Assembly: GCA_951406725.2 (NCBI GenBank)
Contig: OX597838.1
Span: 6,014,001 to 6,078,000 of the forward strand
Direction: 5' to 3'
Length of the DNA: 64,000 nt
From: Octopus vulgaris
Lineage: Eukaryota
Shown piece by piece: positions 1 to 12,292 of the stretch (the stretch's first letter is position 1; the number at the start of each line of letters is the position of its first letter). Made by a program: the position numbers and the translations under genes. The notes below the pieces were generated by a model, which had not been told where the DNA came from, did no database searches, and saw nothing but the letters and a program-made list of their open reading frames with translations.

Positions 1-582
1 CAGCTCGCCGCCAGGCATATTGACTAAAGCTCCAACGATTATAGCAATTAACTATCCGGAAATATAAGAGTAGTTTTTAAAATTCTCGCAAGGCAATTAA
101 TTTTGAGCAAGGGTGAAATCTATTAAATTGAAACCAATGCTTGGCTGGTACGTATATCACCAGCCCGACCTCTCAATGATATTAATAATACTGACTCTTG
201 TCATACGACGCTCACCTTTCCGCCTTTTATTATAGATTTTCTCACATTAGCGAAAGGTCAAAACATTTGAAGAAGAAATTATACAGTCGATTGTTATTGG
301 AATTCGTTTCGCTATGTTAGTCAGTCGGCAGATTATTTCTACTATTTTTACAAGTTTGCACATTATGAGGTCTTAAATTAGTAGAAATCGGCAATTTTGT
401 AACTGGGATCGGTAAAATTGATTAAATCGATTTCAGTGCAGCCTGCAAACTAATTCAATCGAACGATCATTGATAAAAATGCAAAGTCAACGCAATTCAA
501 ATATTTAATATGGAATTGCAGTTTTTCTGTTACACTCGAGTTCCTTCCAAGTTTTCCTTCGTTTCTAAACATATCGCAAATA

Positions 583-811
583 TATTTCTTTATTGCCCAC
601 AAGGGACTAAACATAGAGGGGACAAACAAAGGTATTAAGTCGATTACATCGACGCCAGTGCGTAACTGGTACTTAATTCATCGACCCCGAAAGGATGAGA
701 GGCAAAGTCGACCTCGGTGGAATTTGATCTCAGAATGTAATTTCTTTAGGGCAGACGAAATACCGCTAAGCATCTCGCCCGACGTGCTAACGCTTCTGCC
801 AGCTCGCCGCC
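583..811 (-). mobile_element. tRNA-derived SINE family B (Meta/MESC-like core), tail type 1, near full length
   Basis: Minus strand reads GGCGGCGAGCTGGCAGAAGCGTTAGCAC head, B-box-like GAGATCAAATTCC, core GAGGTCGACTTTGCCTCTCATCCTTTCGGGGTCGAT..AAGTACCAGT and tail ..CCCTTGTGGGCAATAAAGAAATA; homologous to 47662-47892 and 48917-49145. Confidence 0.9.
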
Positions 812-849
812 TCTCTGCCAGCTCGCCAACGAGGAAGTAGCTACATTTC

Positions 850-1035
850 TAATCGTGACCTGCTAAAAATAGCGGCTAAATCTTTCTCACATCACGAAGA
901 TTTCAATGTCGTTTGGACACCTTGAATAATGTAACCTCTCGACATGTTTAGTCTTAGAACGGAAGTTATGGCCACGGCTAGGATGTCTTAGATGAGTAGT
1001 CTGTACCGCCAAGAATTCCCGAGAAATAAACACAA
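850..1035 (+). mobile_element. Degenerate SINE-like repeat, family F (CTGCTAGAAATAGC-type)
   Basis: Motif ctgcta(g/a)aaatagc plus downstream similarity recurs at ~8945, ~36105 and ~41640. Confidence 0.45.
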
Positions 1036-1345
1036 TTCTCTACAGATTAGGATGCAATTCTTTCAACAGGAAGAGACAATCTGCCAGGAAATTCATCCAG
1101 GTGTGCAAAGCATTATATTGCTTTGATAACAATCTGTGAATGCTACGAGTCAATATATGATAATCACAAGTTACTTGTGACATCTTGGAAAACCCTAACC
1201 ATAATAACACATACCAATGCTATATTCAGGTTGAAATTTCCCAGATAAATATTGATGAGAAATGAAATCGTTAAGTCCTCTTCTATAATATGTATACTGC
1301 ATTGAGATGGCTAGACTATGCTCACACATCTATTTTTATCTAGAA

Positions 1346-1730
1346 CTAGCAGTATCGCCTGGCGTTGCTCGGGTTTGTAAGGGAAATAACTATATAAGCA
1401 TTTTTAGAGATTTTTAAAGTATAATAACCGTCTCAATATGGCTAACCACCAAGGGGGGGTGTTACTGTAGCTTTTTACGTTCTGAGATTTAATAATACAT
1501 TTTTAGAGAGTTACTTCCCTTATATAATAGCAAAAAATGCAATAAAAATGGGAAAAAATGATGGTAATTTTTTTTTAAATCCTAGACGCGCCCTAATACC
1601 CAGAAGGGCTCGATATGAATCACGACTATAAGATACCCGCTTTTGGTTACACTGCACCGCAAAATGTGAGAGAAGTTAGGAATCTAAATCGTAGGAGACA
1701 GACACACAACTTGACTTTTATATATAAAGA
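1346..1730 (-). mobile_element. Non-autonomous Helitron
   Basis: Minus strand: 5' A|TCTTTATATATAAAAG, 3' hairpin CCCGAGCAACGCCAGG 8 nt before CTAG|T; inserted between A and T with no TSD; 3' end nearly identical to 43435-43500. Confidence 0.85.
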
Positions 1731-2189
1731 TTAACTACGTGCAAGAGATCTCTGGAACTAATTTTTTTTTATCTAAGTGTGTTTAAGGCGTTGACAGAAT
1801 AGATAGCTATTAAGGGACATATATAAAACGCCAAATAAAGATAAGTCCATTTGCTTATTTTGTAAAGGAGATTCATATTTTGCAGATGGCAGACAGTTTT
1901 ATGTTGGGCAGAAAAAATAAATGATTCGGAGATGGGTGTAATGGAATGACATTCAACATACGTTTAGCACTTTTGATCTGCGACATTCTTCCATCTTTTT
2001 TTCCAAACATGCATTCAGTCAAACATCTCCTTGAAAGACCTTAAAAATGACGACGATGACGACATAGAAAAATCTCCATATTTGTAAACTGTGGAATGAA
2101 GATTCAGGGATATTTCATGCTTTTTTTTTTACTTGAAAGTGGAGGACAATGTATAAGCGTAGTCGTTGTCCCACTCCGTATGGATAAAC

Positions 2190-2646
2190 TGTGAATTGGT
2201 AGAAATGTTAGAGCATTGGCAAGAATGACATTCACGTTATTTGGACCAATTCTCTCTTAAACTCTCTTTTACTTGTTTCAGTCATTTGACTGCGGCCATG
2301 CTGGAGCACCACCTTTAGTCGAGAAAATCGACCCCGGGACTTATTCTTTGTAAGCCCAGTACTTATTCTATCGGTCTCTTTGTCTTTTTTTGCCGAACCG
2401 CTAAGTGACGGGGACGTAAACATACCAGCATCGGTTGTCAAGCGATGGTGGGGGGACAAACACAGATACACAAACATATACACACACATACATACATATA
2501 CATATATATATATATACATATATGACAGGCTTCTTTCAGTTTCCGTCTACCAAATCCACTCACGTTATTTGGAGCAATTCTATACGTCATGGTTTCAAAT
2601 CTCACCCAACCTTAACTTTGCCCTTTATCCTTCTGGTGTCGATAAA
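2190..2646 (+). mobile_element. Old degenerate family-B SINE, interrupted by a family-A insertion
   Basis: Head-like 2190-2230; body resumes after the insertion (tttcaaat..aactttgccctttatccttctggtgtcgataaa). Confidence 0.6.
2254..2563 (-). mobile_element. Young 5'-truncated SINE family A with 22-bp TSD
   Basis: Near-identical to 59477-59770; TSD TCACGTTATTTGGA(C/G)CAATTCT at 2232-2253 and 2560-2581. Confidence 0.92.
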
Positions 2647-3237
2647 AGCTACGGATACATACAGATTCGCAGGACTGTGTGAATTTCCAGCAGGATGCTT
2701 ATAGTATTTATGGTTCTTTACTTTCTAAATTCAAATTTTGCGTTGCTGACTTTGAAGGTAAGCTTTTTTCTGTCGCGTTACGTGTAACCTTAACCTCGTG
2801 ACACCGCGGGTGAGTTTAACAGTCCCTTCTTTTTAAAATGTTAGGGCCAGCTCCCTGTCAAATATATTTCTGTCCCCTTCGGACCGGTCTCGTTTGCCAC
2901 GGTAAAAGGGTCAATAGCGTTGCTTTCCCTCTGGACTAAGAGAAATACAATTCTTAGTTCGTGGTGGATTTCTTGATATTTTACAACGTGAAAGGTTTTG
3001 GGAACGTGGGGGAAAACTCGTAAACGAAGATGTGTCAAGTTAATTAAATCGATAGGTTTACATTGCAATCATGAGATTTTAGCAAAGCCAATATTATTGA
3101 TTAGCAAATCTCAGGAGAATTTATGTAGGAATGTCTGCTTGTCAGTATGAGCGTCTGTCTTAATGTCTGTCTGCCAATGTATAAATGTAAATAGGTAGGT
3201 AGGCATCAGTAAGATGTACGTGTGTATTTGCGGTTTT

Positions 3238-3302
3238 GTGTGTGTGTATATATATATATATATGCATATTAGTATATATTTATATATATGTATATAAGAA
3301 TG

Positions 3303-3350
<48 letters not shown>

Positions 3351-3436
3351 TATAAGAATATATATATATATATATATATATATAAGAATGTATATATATA
3401 TATTCATATAAAAATGTATATATATATATGGATATG

Positions 3437-3521
<85 letters not shown>

Positions 3522-3548
3522 ATATATATATATATGTATGTATGTATG

Positions 3549-3579
<31 letters not shown>

Positions 3580-3609
3580 ATATATATATAATGTATGTAT
3601 GTATGTATG

Positions 3610-3640
<31 letters not shown>

Positions 3641-3721
3641 ATATATATATGTATGTATGTATGAATATATATATATATATATGTATGTATGTATGTATAT
3701 ATATATATATATGTATGTATG

Positions 3722-3756
<35 letters not shown>

Positions 3757-3769
3757 GTATGTATATATA

Positions 3770-3805
<36 letters not shown>

Positions 3806-3829
3806 TATATATATATATAGATATGTATG

Positions 3830-3865
<36 letters not shown>

Positions 3866-3908
3866 TATGTATTTATATATATATATATATAGACACACAC
3901 ACACACAC
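3238..3908. repeat. Compound (TA)n/(TATG)n microsatellite
   Basis: Direct reading; source of the YIYI ORFs at 3280-4034. Confidence 0.98.
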
Positions 3909-4193
3909 AGAAATATATTTGTATCAAAGAATGTAGGTATACTGTTAACTTTTTGCGTATTTGGATGTATATTTATGAATATAAGTAGAGGTCATAAAAA
4001 TATAGGCATAAAAACATTCAGTCAAGCAAAATAATTCGAGTCACGCTTACATATATACACCCATTCAATCACATCAACACACTCACAGAAACTCTTTTAC
4101 CTAATTATATAACATATACACACGAACAGACACATAGACGCGTGTTTGTGTATGATATGGTAGGGGAAAATATATATATATGTGTGTGTGTGG

Positions 4194-4227
<34 letters not shown>

Positions 4228-4871
4228 ATTTATGTATGTATGTATGTATGTATGTATATATCCTCCTACCAAACAACTGACAGAACATCAACTGCACTCG
4301 TGCACACACGCACACACACATTTATACACACTCATGCAGACGCAAGTATAAATATTTTCACGAACATCAACATAACATTAATATGTCCCTCCTTACAAGC
4401 CACGTAGACCGTGCACGCGCGCACACACACACGCGTGTAAACACACACACACACGTGTACACACACACGTGTACACACACACACACACTAAGACGAACTT
4501 GATTCTACTCCCTGGACGCTCATAAATACATTAACTATGCAAAAAGTCAAATAATTACTCACCAGAAATTGGTTTTCGTTTGTGTGTGACTTTAATAATA
4601 TATAAGAAGATAAGGTTTTATACGTGTTAAGTACACCAGGGGAATATTGTAGGCAAATAGAAATATACATACCTATAACGAACGAAGAAAAGTATAAAAA
4701 AATATTTGATATTAATTTCTTCTATTTATGTCCCGTTATCTGTTACATTATAAAAAAAAAACCGTGTGTGTTGGAATTAATCGGGAGTGTCTATGCGTAG
4801 TTATTTTTTTATGTAAACAAGCACGCACTAAGTCTTTTGACAGAATTAAAAGCTAATATCCGTTTCGCTAG

Positions 4872-5168
4872 GGATCAAGTTTAGACTAGCAAGTTTCTGT
4901 TATATAAGTAGCATTAGAAGTAAAAAGTACGATAGGGAAAATATGTGAGAGTAGAAACTTGTTTTGTATGATCTCAAACTAAAAGCTGAGAGTGTTGTTT
5001 CTTATTGATCTGGGAATCAGGTTTATTTGCGTATTATCAAACTAATCTTTAAGGCTAGACTCTGTTTGGCTGACGGCTTATTGAGGATCAAGTTTAGACT
5101 AGCAAGTTTCTGTTATATAAGTAGCATTAGAAGTAAAAAGTACGATAGGGAAAATATGTGAGAGTAGA
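4872..5168. repeat. Exact 84-bp direct repeat flanking a 129-bp spacer
   Basis: GGATCAAGTTTAGACTAGC...ATGTGAGAGTAGA at 4872-4955 and 5085-5168. Confidence 0.95.
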
Positions 5169-5394
5169 TATTGTTCATTTAGCGGGGGTGGGATTTGGGG
5201 AGAATTGACGTAACGAAATTTTAGGGCAAGCGAAATAAGATACGCCTTCGCATTTTCACCTAACAGCGAACAGTTAATATTTACAGGTTAGATTTGTAAC
5301 AGATTTCGTAATCAGAAGTTATAGAATGATGACATTCTAAGAATAAAGATACTTCACGAGATTGATGTGTGTGCCAAAATCTGAATACAATAAT

Positions 5395-5631
5395 AATAAT
5401 CCTTTCTGCTATAGACACAAGTTCTGAAATTGGTGGAACTTGTCGATTTTATCGACGCCGAAATGATGGAAGGCAAAGTCACAGACGGGTTTCTTTCATG
5501 TTCCGTCTACCAAATCCACTCACAAGGCTCTGGTCGGCTTGAGGCTATCGTAGATGACTTTCATCCCAGGTGCCACGCAGCGTGACTGTTGAACCCAGAA
5601 CATTGTGGTCGGAAAGCAATCCTGCGCCTTA
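5395..5631 (-). mobile_element. Family-B 3' fragment (5395-5480) abutting the 5' half of a family-A SINE (5485-5631)
   Basis: gtcgattttatcgac..gatggaaggcaaagtc, then ttccgtctaccaaatccactcacaagg..tgccacgcag..gaaccc..cctgcgcc. Confidence 0.75.
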
Positions 5632-7228
5632 TATACACTATTCTTTATAATGGGCATAAACTTCCTCGGTGCCCGAAGGGTTGAATGTTTTGTAGATAAC
5701 ACTGGCAAATGGCATACTGGAATCTATTGAAACAGGAATCGTTGATGTAATTCTTGGGCTATGAATTATATATTTCTAAAGTATACAGTAACACAAACAC
5801 ACACACACACACACACACGTACGCACATCACTTGTATGTGTTAGCGTAAGTGAACATTCAATTTAAGCATCAGCTTCATTAATTATCGCTGACATAGGCA
5901 CGGAATTATTACATGTTATTTAATTACGAGTTTACTCCTGTTAATATTACTACAATCAAATCTTCAGAACTAGTGTTATGAAATCTAACGTATACCTGTT
6001 AATACAATTAATATAACATTCACCTTCATCTTGAAGCTGCAGTTAAACATTTATTTTGGTTGAGGACAGCGACCTAATTCTACATAAACTCTACAGCATA
6101 ACGTATGTCTGGCATCGGTGCATATTAATGCGTTTCATATATAACGGTTAGGGGTCATCGTCTCACATATGAGTGATGTGTTCTTTGGTGTTAGTAATAT
6201 CATCTGCGCCAAAGACGCAAATATGACTAGATATCTATTGCTGGTTCTCTGCTGCATTACGTTACTGGAAGAGATTTGGTAGATACCAACGGTGATTTAT
6301 TTCTTGCAGACCAGAATTTCGCAGGTGGTTTGTTGTATCAACGATAGCCGGATGAAAAGAACGATTGCTTCTTTGAGCGTGAATTTTACTCAGTGCGCAA
6401 TGTGTTGAAAGCAAATATCGCAAGAACACATTATAAACTCGTTAACGTTACTTTGAGACTTGTAGTTGTGTCTATATATGTAAGTAGTTGTATACATGCA
6501 TGCATGCAGGTATATATATATATATGTGTGTGTGTGTAAGTGTGTATAGGTCATTATATATTTCTAGATAGATAGGTACGTATATTTACAAACACATGTG
6601 TATATATATGGTTGTATATGTATGTATATATGTACAGACTCGCAGGCACATGAAGACTGCCGCTAGATTTCGAACTGTGATTCCGGTTGACACTTCCTTG
6701 GAAACAGAAAATAAAACTAACAGAGGTTTGACTTTCCAGTCCTCTACAGACATAATATTTTACGCAGATTTATATATGATGGTCACCTCGTGCAGCAGGT
6801 GACCAGAAAGCTTAGTACGCACGTAGTCTCATGCCTTCATTACTATTTTCAGTTAACTTTTATTCGATTGTTGGTAGTACTTTCAGCAATACTCATCCAT
6901 ATTATCCAACCAAAAAGAGATTTGGTTGGAAGCAAAAATACTTTTTGGAGATGAATTATTTCAAAAACCGTGAAGTCCAATCCATGGTCGACATCAATGT
7001 TTTTCTTTGGTTTTCTTTATAATATCTGATAGTTTACGAATCTTGTGCCTCTATTCTCGAGCGATATTAGGCAGAAGAATGATTCAGATGCTAAAATTAC
7101 TTTCCCAGGGACAGTAATAAGCCAGGTCCGACACTCACTCTGCAGAACATGCAAGGTTGGAAAAAAGCCAGACTCGTTATCTTCAATCCGGTTTGCGTGT
7201 CTATCCCCAACTAGAGAATTACATAGTT

Positions 7229-7494
7229 GAGGCGCAATATTCTAGTGGTTAGGGCAGCGGACTCGCTCTCATAAGATCGAAGTTTCGATTCCGTGGCCGG
7301 ATATTGTGGGTTTTTATTGAGCGAAAACACTAAAAGATCCACGAGGCTCCGGCAGGGAGCGGTGGCGCCTCCTCCTGCATTCTTTCACCACAAATTCCTC
7401 TCACTCTTTCTTCCTGTTTATACTGTACCTGTATTTGAAAGGGACAGCCTTGTCACACTCTGAGTCACGGTGAATCACCCCGAGAACTACGTTA
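7229..7494 (+). mobile_element. tRNA-derived SINE, head C with tail 1 (3'-truncated)
   Basis: A-box-like tctagtggttagggcagcggactcg and B-box gtttcgattcc; body ttattgagcgaaaacac shared with 25200-25449 and 58281-58580. Confidence 0.85.
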
Positions 7495-7550
7495 TATATA
7501 TATAGTTTGTGTATCTGAAACAAAAGAATATGTATATGTGTGCCTTTGTA

Positions 7551-7770
7551 TTTTTTTTTATTGTATCTAGTTTCAGCTCACGAGCTGTGACCATGCTGGG
7601 GCACAGTCATTTGGTGTTGCTACATAATTTTACTTCACGAATGCCTTTTAGCAATTGCATTTGGTGCATGAGAGAGTTCGATGCAGCTGCTCTCATCTGC
7701 ACCTCCTGCCGTGAAGTTGGTTCATCTGGGACACCTGACAGGAAGATACCCAGTTTTATTTTAAAGGCAC
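7551..7770 (-). mobile_element. 3' end of a CR1-group LINE (ORF2 C-terminus, 3'UTR, A-tail)
   Basis: 7768->7607 translates AFKIKLGIFLSGVPDEPTSRQEVQMRAAASNSLMHQMQLLKGIREVKLCSNTK*; the FK..L..FL..VPDEP...RAA.SNSL..Q motif is typical of invertebrate CR1-type ORF2 ends; followed by a stem-loop and A-rich tail. Confidence 0.75.
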
Positions 7771-7955
7771 CTGTATCTGTATTTGTTCCCTATCAATTCC
7801 TGCCAACCGGCGCTGGTGTGTTTACATACCTATAACTTAGCAGTTCGGCAAATAAGGTCCACGCTTAAAACATACGGACTGGTATCGATTCATTGGACTA
7901 AAAGTTCTTCAAGGATGTGCCCCAGCATGGGCAAAGCCTAATGAATGAAAGCAAA
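7771..7955 (+). mobile_element. 3' half of an older family-A SINE
   Basis: caaccggcgctggtgtgtttac..aacttagcagttcggcaaa..gtgccccagcatgg. Confidence 0.75.
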
Positions 7956-8393
7956 TGCTACATAAAGAACAATGCTCGTGCAGATGATTGAAAATATATA
8001 AAAAAAAATTCAATATTCAGTAAAATATTATTTCAATCAATCCGGAGCGTCACTGCATGGTCTACATAGAATATTAATTCAGCTGACAGATGTGAAAAGA
8101 ACGCTTTTTTCTAAATACAATGCGGAACTTAACAGGGTTCGAACTGTCACACTGTGCTTTTCATTGAACATTAATCAATTACTTCTTCCTCATAAAGGAA
8201 ATAAATGTGAAATATTCTATGTAACAGAAAAAGAATGATATGCCGTGCGGTGATATGAAAATCAAAATGTGCATTCATACATACGTACATACATACACAC
8301 TTATATATATGTAAATGAAAATGCTTATATTGCATCTGTATGTATATTATGTGAGTACCTAAATGCGTATGTATTTGGAGATATGTTTGTGTC

Positions 8394-8424
<31 letters not shown>

Positions 8425-9343
8425 CTATGCACTTATATGTCTACACTGATACACTCAAACATATTTCCAGAGATATGAATAAACGCACGCATATATCTAT
8501 AGATATAATTGTATACACACATATGCAAAAACACAGAGAAATATATTACATCACAGCAATCCGTTATTTTACATGCATGTGTGTATGTGTGTTGTGGCTG
8601 TAGGTATATATATATATACACACTAGTAACTCGTCAAATTAATATAATTCAATAAATGGAAGTTATTTAATTAATTTCATTTCATTTCGTAAAAGTGTCT
8701 TGAATAGTTGCAACAGTCCAAATTCTTTTGTTCTTGTTTAGATTTCTATTGACACTTTAGAATATTTTCCAATATCTGAAGTATCTTCAAACAAACAAAT
8801 TACAACTGCTAAGATTTTATATTGCAGCTCCACTTAATGTGCAGGTTACATTAACTTGCCCTACAGTCAAACAACTTTAGCAACACATAAATATATCAAG
8901 TTATTACGATTAAGACTTCATTTGAAATCTACCTGTTTACCAGTTCTGCTAGAAATAGCAACCATAACACACAACGCATAACATTACAACGCGGTAGCCT
9001 TTTCAGAGGCTGTTGTCGCAGTCAAATTGCTTGTGATTAGAGTTTGAAATAGCAGCTTTTATTATAACTGTTGAAACAAACATTAAAAACCTGTGCGTGT
9101 GTGTGTCACATTCCATAAGTTTGTTCTCTGATGAATATTGTAATATGGTCTGGCAAATAACAAGTGTGATTGTGATGATATTTCTTCTGGATTAAGCGTT
9201 GCTAATGCTTAAAATAAAGCAAAGAATTCTTTATCTTTGCTTTCGAACTGTCATTTACGTTTTCAATTGAATGCCGTTGCAATTATTCGTTGTTGCGTTA
9301 ATATAATTGATCTCGTATTTATCTATAATCTGTAAACACTTGC

Positions 9344-9496
9344 ATAGGCGCAGACGTGTCTGTGTCGTAAGAACATTGTTTCTCAACCATATGGTTCCAG
9401 AATCGGTTCTGCCACGCGGCATCATTACCAAAGTCTTGTGAGTGGATATATAAAAACGTAAACTGAAGGAAGGCATTGTGACTGTATGTATGTGTG
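9344..9496 (+). mobile_element. Degenerate 5' half of a family-A SINE
   Basis: ataggcgcag..tgtgtcgtaag..caaccatatggttcc..ttgtgagtggat..aaactgaaggaag. Confidence 0.65.
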
Positions 9497-9620
9497 CATG
9501 TACCGTGGTCCTTAATGAAAACATCGGTATTCTGATACGATAATGATGACACCATCGCTAAAATAAGTTATATTTAATTTAAATCGCATATATGAATTGA
9601 AATTATGTAGATTAAGAAAA

Positions 9621-9837
9621 GTGGCGAGCTGGCAGAGTCGTTAGCACGCCGGGCAAAATACTTAACGGCATTTCACCCATCGCTACGTTCTGAGTTCAAA
9701 TTCCACCTAGGTTGGCTTTGCCTTTAATCCTTGCGGGCTCGATAAATGAAGTACCAATGAAATACTGTGGTTCAATGTAATCGACTAAACCCCTCCCCGC
9801 AAATGTCAGGTCTTGTGCCTTTAGTAGAAAGGATTAT
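9621..9837 (+). mobile_element. Family-B SINE, tail type 2
   Basis: ggcgagctggcagagtcgttagcac head, gagttcaaattcc B-box, core, tail ccctccccgcaaatgtcaggtcttgtgcctttagtagaaaggattat. Confidence 0.88.
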
Positions 9838-10074
9838 GTAGATTGACGTACCACTGACCTCAGTTTAGAAAGACTTACACTCCTTGGTGTTTGGTGAGAC
9901 GATGAGAAGATGTATTGTAATAGGGACTGTAATGTTAGGTGCAGTTTTAGTGGAACTGGTGTTCTTGGTATATAGTCAGACTTTGTAAACGTTAGTCGAC
10001 GTAATTTAAGAAGGTAAGACAATATCACCTACCCGCACATTTAAACGTGTATATGCATATACACCTATACAAGT

Positions 10075-10270
10075 CTAATACAGGCACAGGGCCTGAAATG
10101 TTCGGGATTAGTGTAGTCGATGACATTAAGGCAAGTACTAAGCTCGTACTTGTTTTATCGGCCCCGAGAAGCTGACAAGCAAAGTTGACTTCGACAAAAT
10201 TTGAACCCACACTAAATCCTCAGAAACGCCGATTTGTTTAGTGTGCTATCAATGCCTTTTGACCCCCGCC
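10075..10270 (-). mobile_element. Degenerate family-B SINE, tail type 2
   Basis: aggcacagggcctgaaat..gtacttgttttatcggccccga..gcaaagttgacttcg..aatttgaac. Confidence 0.7.
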
Positions 10271-10332
10271 TTGATATACGCGTATGAAACTATCTCAGAC
10301 TTATGCTTAAGGTAACAGTAATATAATAATAT

Positions 10333-10601
10333 TTTATTTATCTCAGCCATTTGACTGAGGCCATGGTGGAGCACCGCCTTTAGTCGAACAAATAGACTCC
10401 AGGATTTATTCTTTGTAAGCTTAGTTCTAATTCTATCGGTCAGTTTTGCCGAACTGCTAAGTTACGAGAACCTAAGCACACTAACACCTATTTTCAAGCG
10501 ATGGTACGGGGGGGGGGGCAAACACAGCACACACACACACACATACACACACACACACACACACACATTTATATATATTTATATATATATATATACATAC
10601 A

Positions 10602-10634
<33 letters not shown>

Positions 10635-10808
10635 GTATACGACGGGCTTTTTTCGGTTTTCCGTCCACCAAATCTACTAACAAGGGTTTGGTCATCCCGA
10701 GGCTATAGTAGAAAACACCCACCCAAGGTGACACGCAGTGGAACTGAACCCGGACCCATGTGGTTGGTAATCTAGCTACTATCCACACAACCATTTCTGG
10801 CCTCATAG
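10333..10808 (-). mobile_element. Full-length family-A SINE (tRNA head, CORE-like CCTTGGG segment, internal microsatellite)
   Basis: Collinear with 59477-59886 along its whole length. Confidence 0.88.
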
Positions 10809-11239
10809 TCACTCCTAATGAGCCTCTCTATAAGAAACAAGATGTAGGAATCTACTTGTTACCTTTGACTCCAAATGTGAGGAGTCTATAAAAATGTTTA
10901 GGAGAATAAAAAAGATTTACATATTTAAACAAGTCTTCATACGTTTAATTCTCCCCATAGCTAAACGTTGGGTTATTTGGAAGTGTTGCACAACATGATA
11001 AATCATGCTGAAGTGTGACATTGTATCCGGCAATTACTCCAATCATTCCTTTCACCCCCCCCCCCCCCCAGAATCCTTACAAAGCAAACACAAGATCTGT
11101 TTCTATATTCCTATGTCTGTTTTGGCGGTAAATATCTACCTTCACGTGTATTAATTTCATGTGATTTCTCTCAATTGCTCCACTCTGTTTTAAATTTCTA
11201 ATGTAGCACAATGCCACAGCTCTTAATATTCTAACTTAT

Positions 11240-11680
11240 TGTTAAATCCGTTTCAAGTTCTTGGTGATTATATGCTTTATGTTTGGATGGCTGAAGAACG
11301 ATAGGTTCAAAGCTTGTATCCATAAGTTTTATATATGGCAAGACAATGCCACACGCAAACATATATTTCTGTGCAGTTTATATGCTGATGACTTGAATGG
11401 TCAATAAATAGCGCCATATATATTCACGTAGGTGTCTTATCTTTCATTGAGGCATCTGTAATTACTGAACGGCGACCATTTTACTTGGCGCTTTGTATAT
11501 CGGACTATTCTCACATCTCATACTTCAGAGGAAATCTGGCTTTACTGGAAAGCACATGAAACGAATATATACTGAACATCTGAATGTTTTAAACTCCGGA
11601 GGCGTGGCTTGTTTTACACCCATGTAATAAACGCTTTCGAAGTTTAGATACTAGAGATATGATTGCCCAACTATAACCTG
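11240..11680 (+). pseudogene. Fossil CR1/L2-type reverse transcriptase remnant
   Basis: GSKL..I.F.Y..MPHA..C then LYADDL (YADD 11381-11392); later ALYI.L.SHL and KRFRSL..RDMI echo CR1 ORF2 motifs; many frameshifts and stops. Confidence 0.55.
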
Positions 11681-12110
11681 GAGTATCGTTGATGCGGCAA
11701 CGAATATACTCTAGGAAATTATGTAACCACCGTTTCTCTAAAAAAAAGCATTTCTAAAAGTAAATTGTATTAAGGTGCAATACGAAATCTGAAAGGATAT
11801 CTAAACTTCACCATGGGCCATCCAATCTATTCCGATAATAACAGTATATGGTGATGCAACTGCGCTATATATCTTCTGCATCCTAAAAAAGAAACAATTT
11901 GGATGCCTTTCGGCAATTGCTGTCGAATTATATGTTTCTACCAATTGCCTTTCTTCCATATTACGTGGAACGAAAGCAGTTTAGAACTACATATAAACAG
12001 AAAATAGTGAGAAATAACTGATACCCGTCTTTCTTCAAAATTGCAGTAGATTCAATTGTATCACGTACGCAAAAACGGAAGTGTAGAGACGGAGTACCTA
12101 TAGATAATAT

Positions 12111-12292
12111 ATGATAGATCGTTAGCCACTACACATATTTTTCTCTCTTTGTTTTTTCTGTGTCCCTTTCTGTAGAAGAGCGTAAGCTCGAAACGTGAAA
12201 TAATTTTTCTATTCTTGAGCGTTATACTAATACATCTGTTTGTTTTGTACTCCACCTGTCTTCGACTTTTGTTTCTTTTTCCAGTAAACTCT

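Noticed and set aside
3280-4034. Long ORFs (up to 248 aa) rich in YI/CV/HT, here and at 14.2, 17.8, 31.7, 56.4, 61.5 and 63.5 kb
   Set aside because: Stop-free translations of dinucleotide/tetranucleotide microsatellites, not genes
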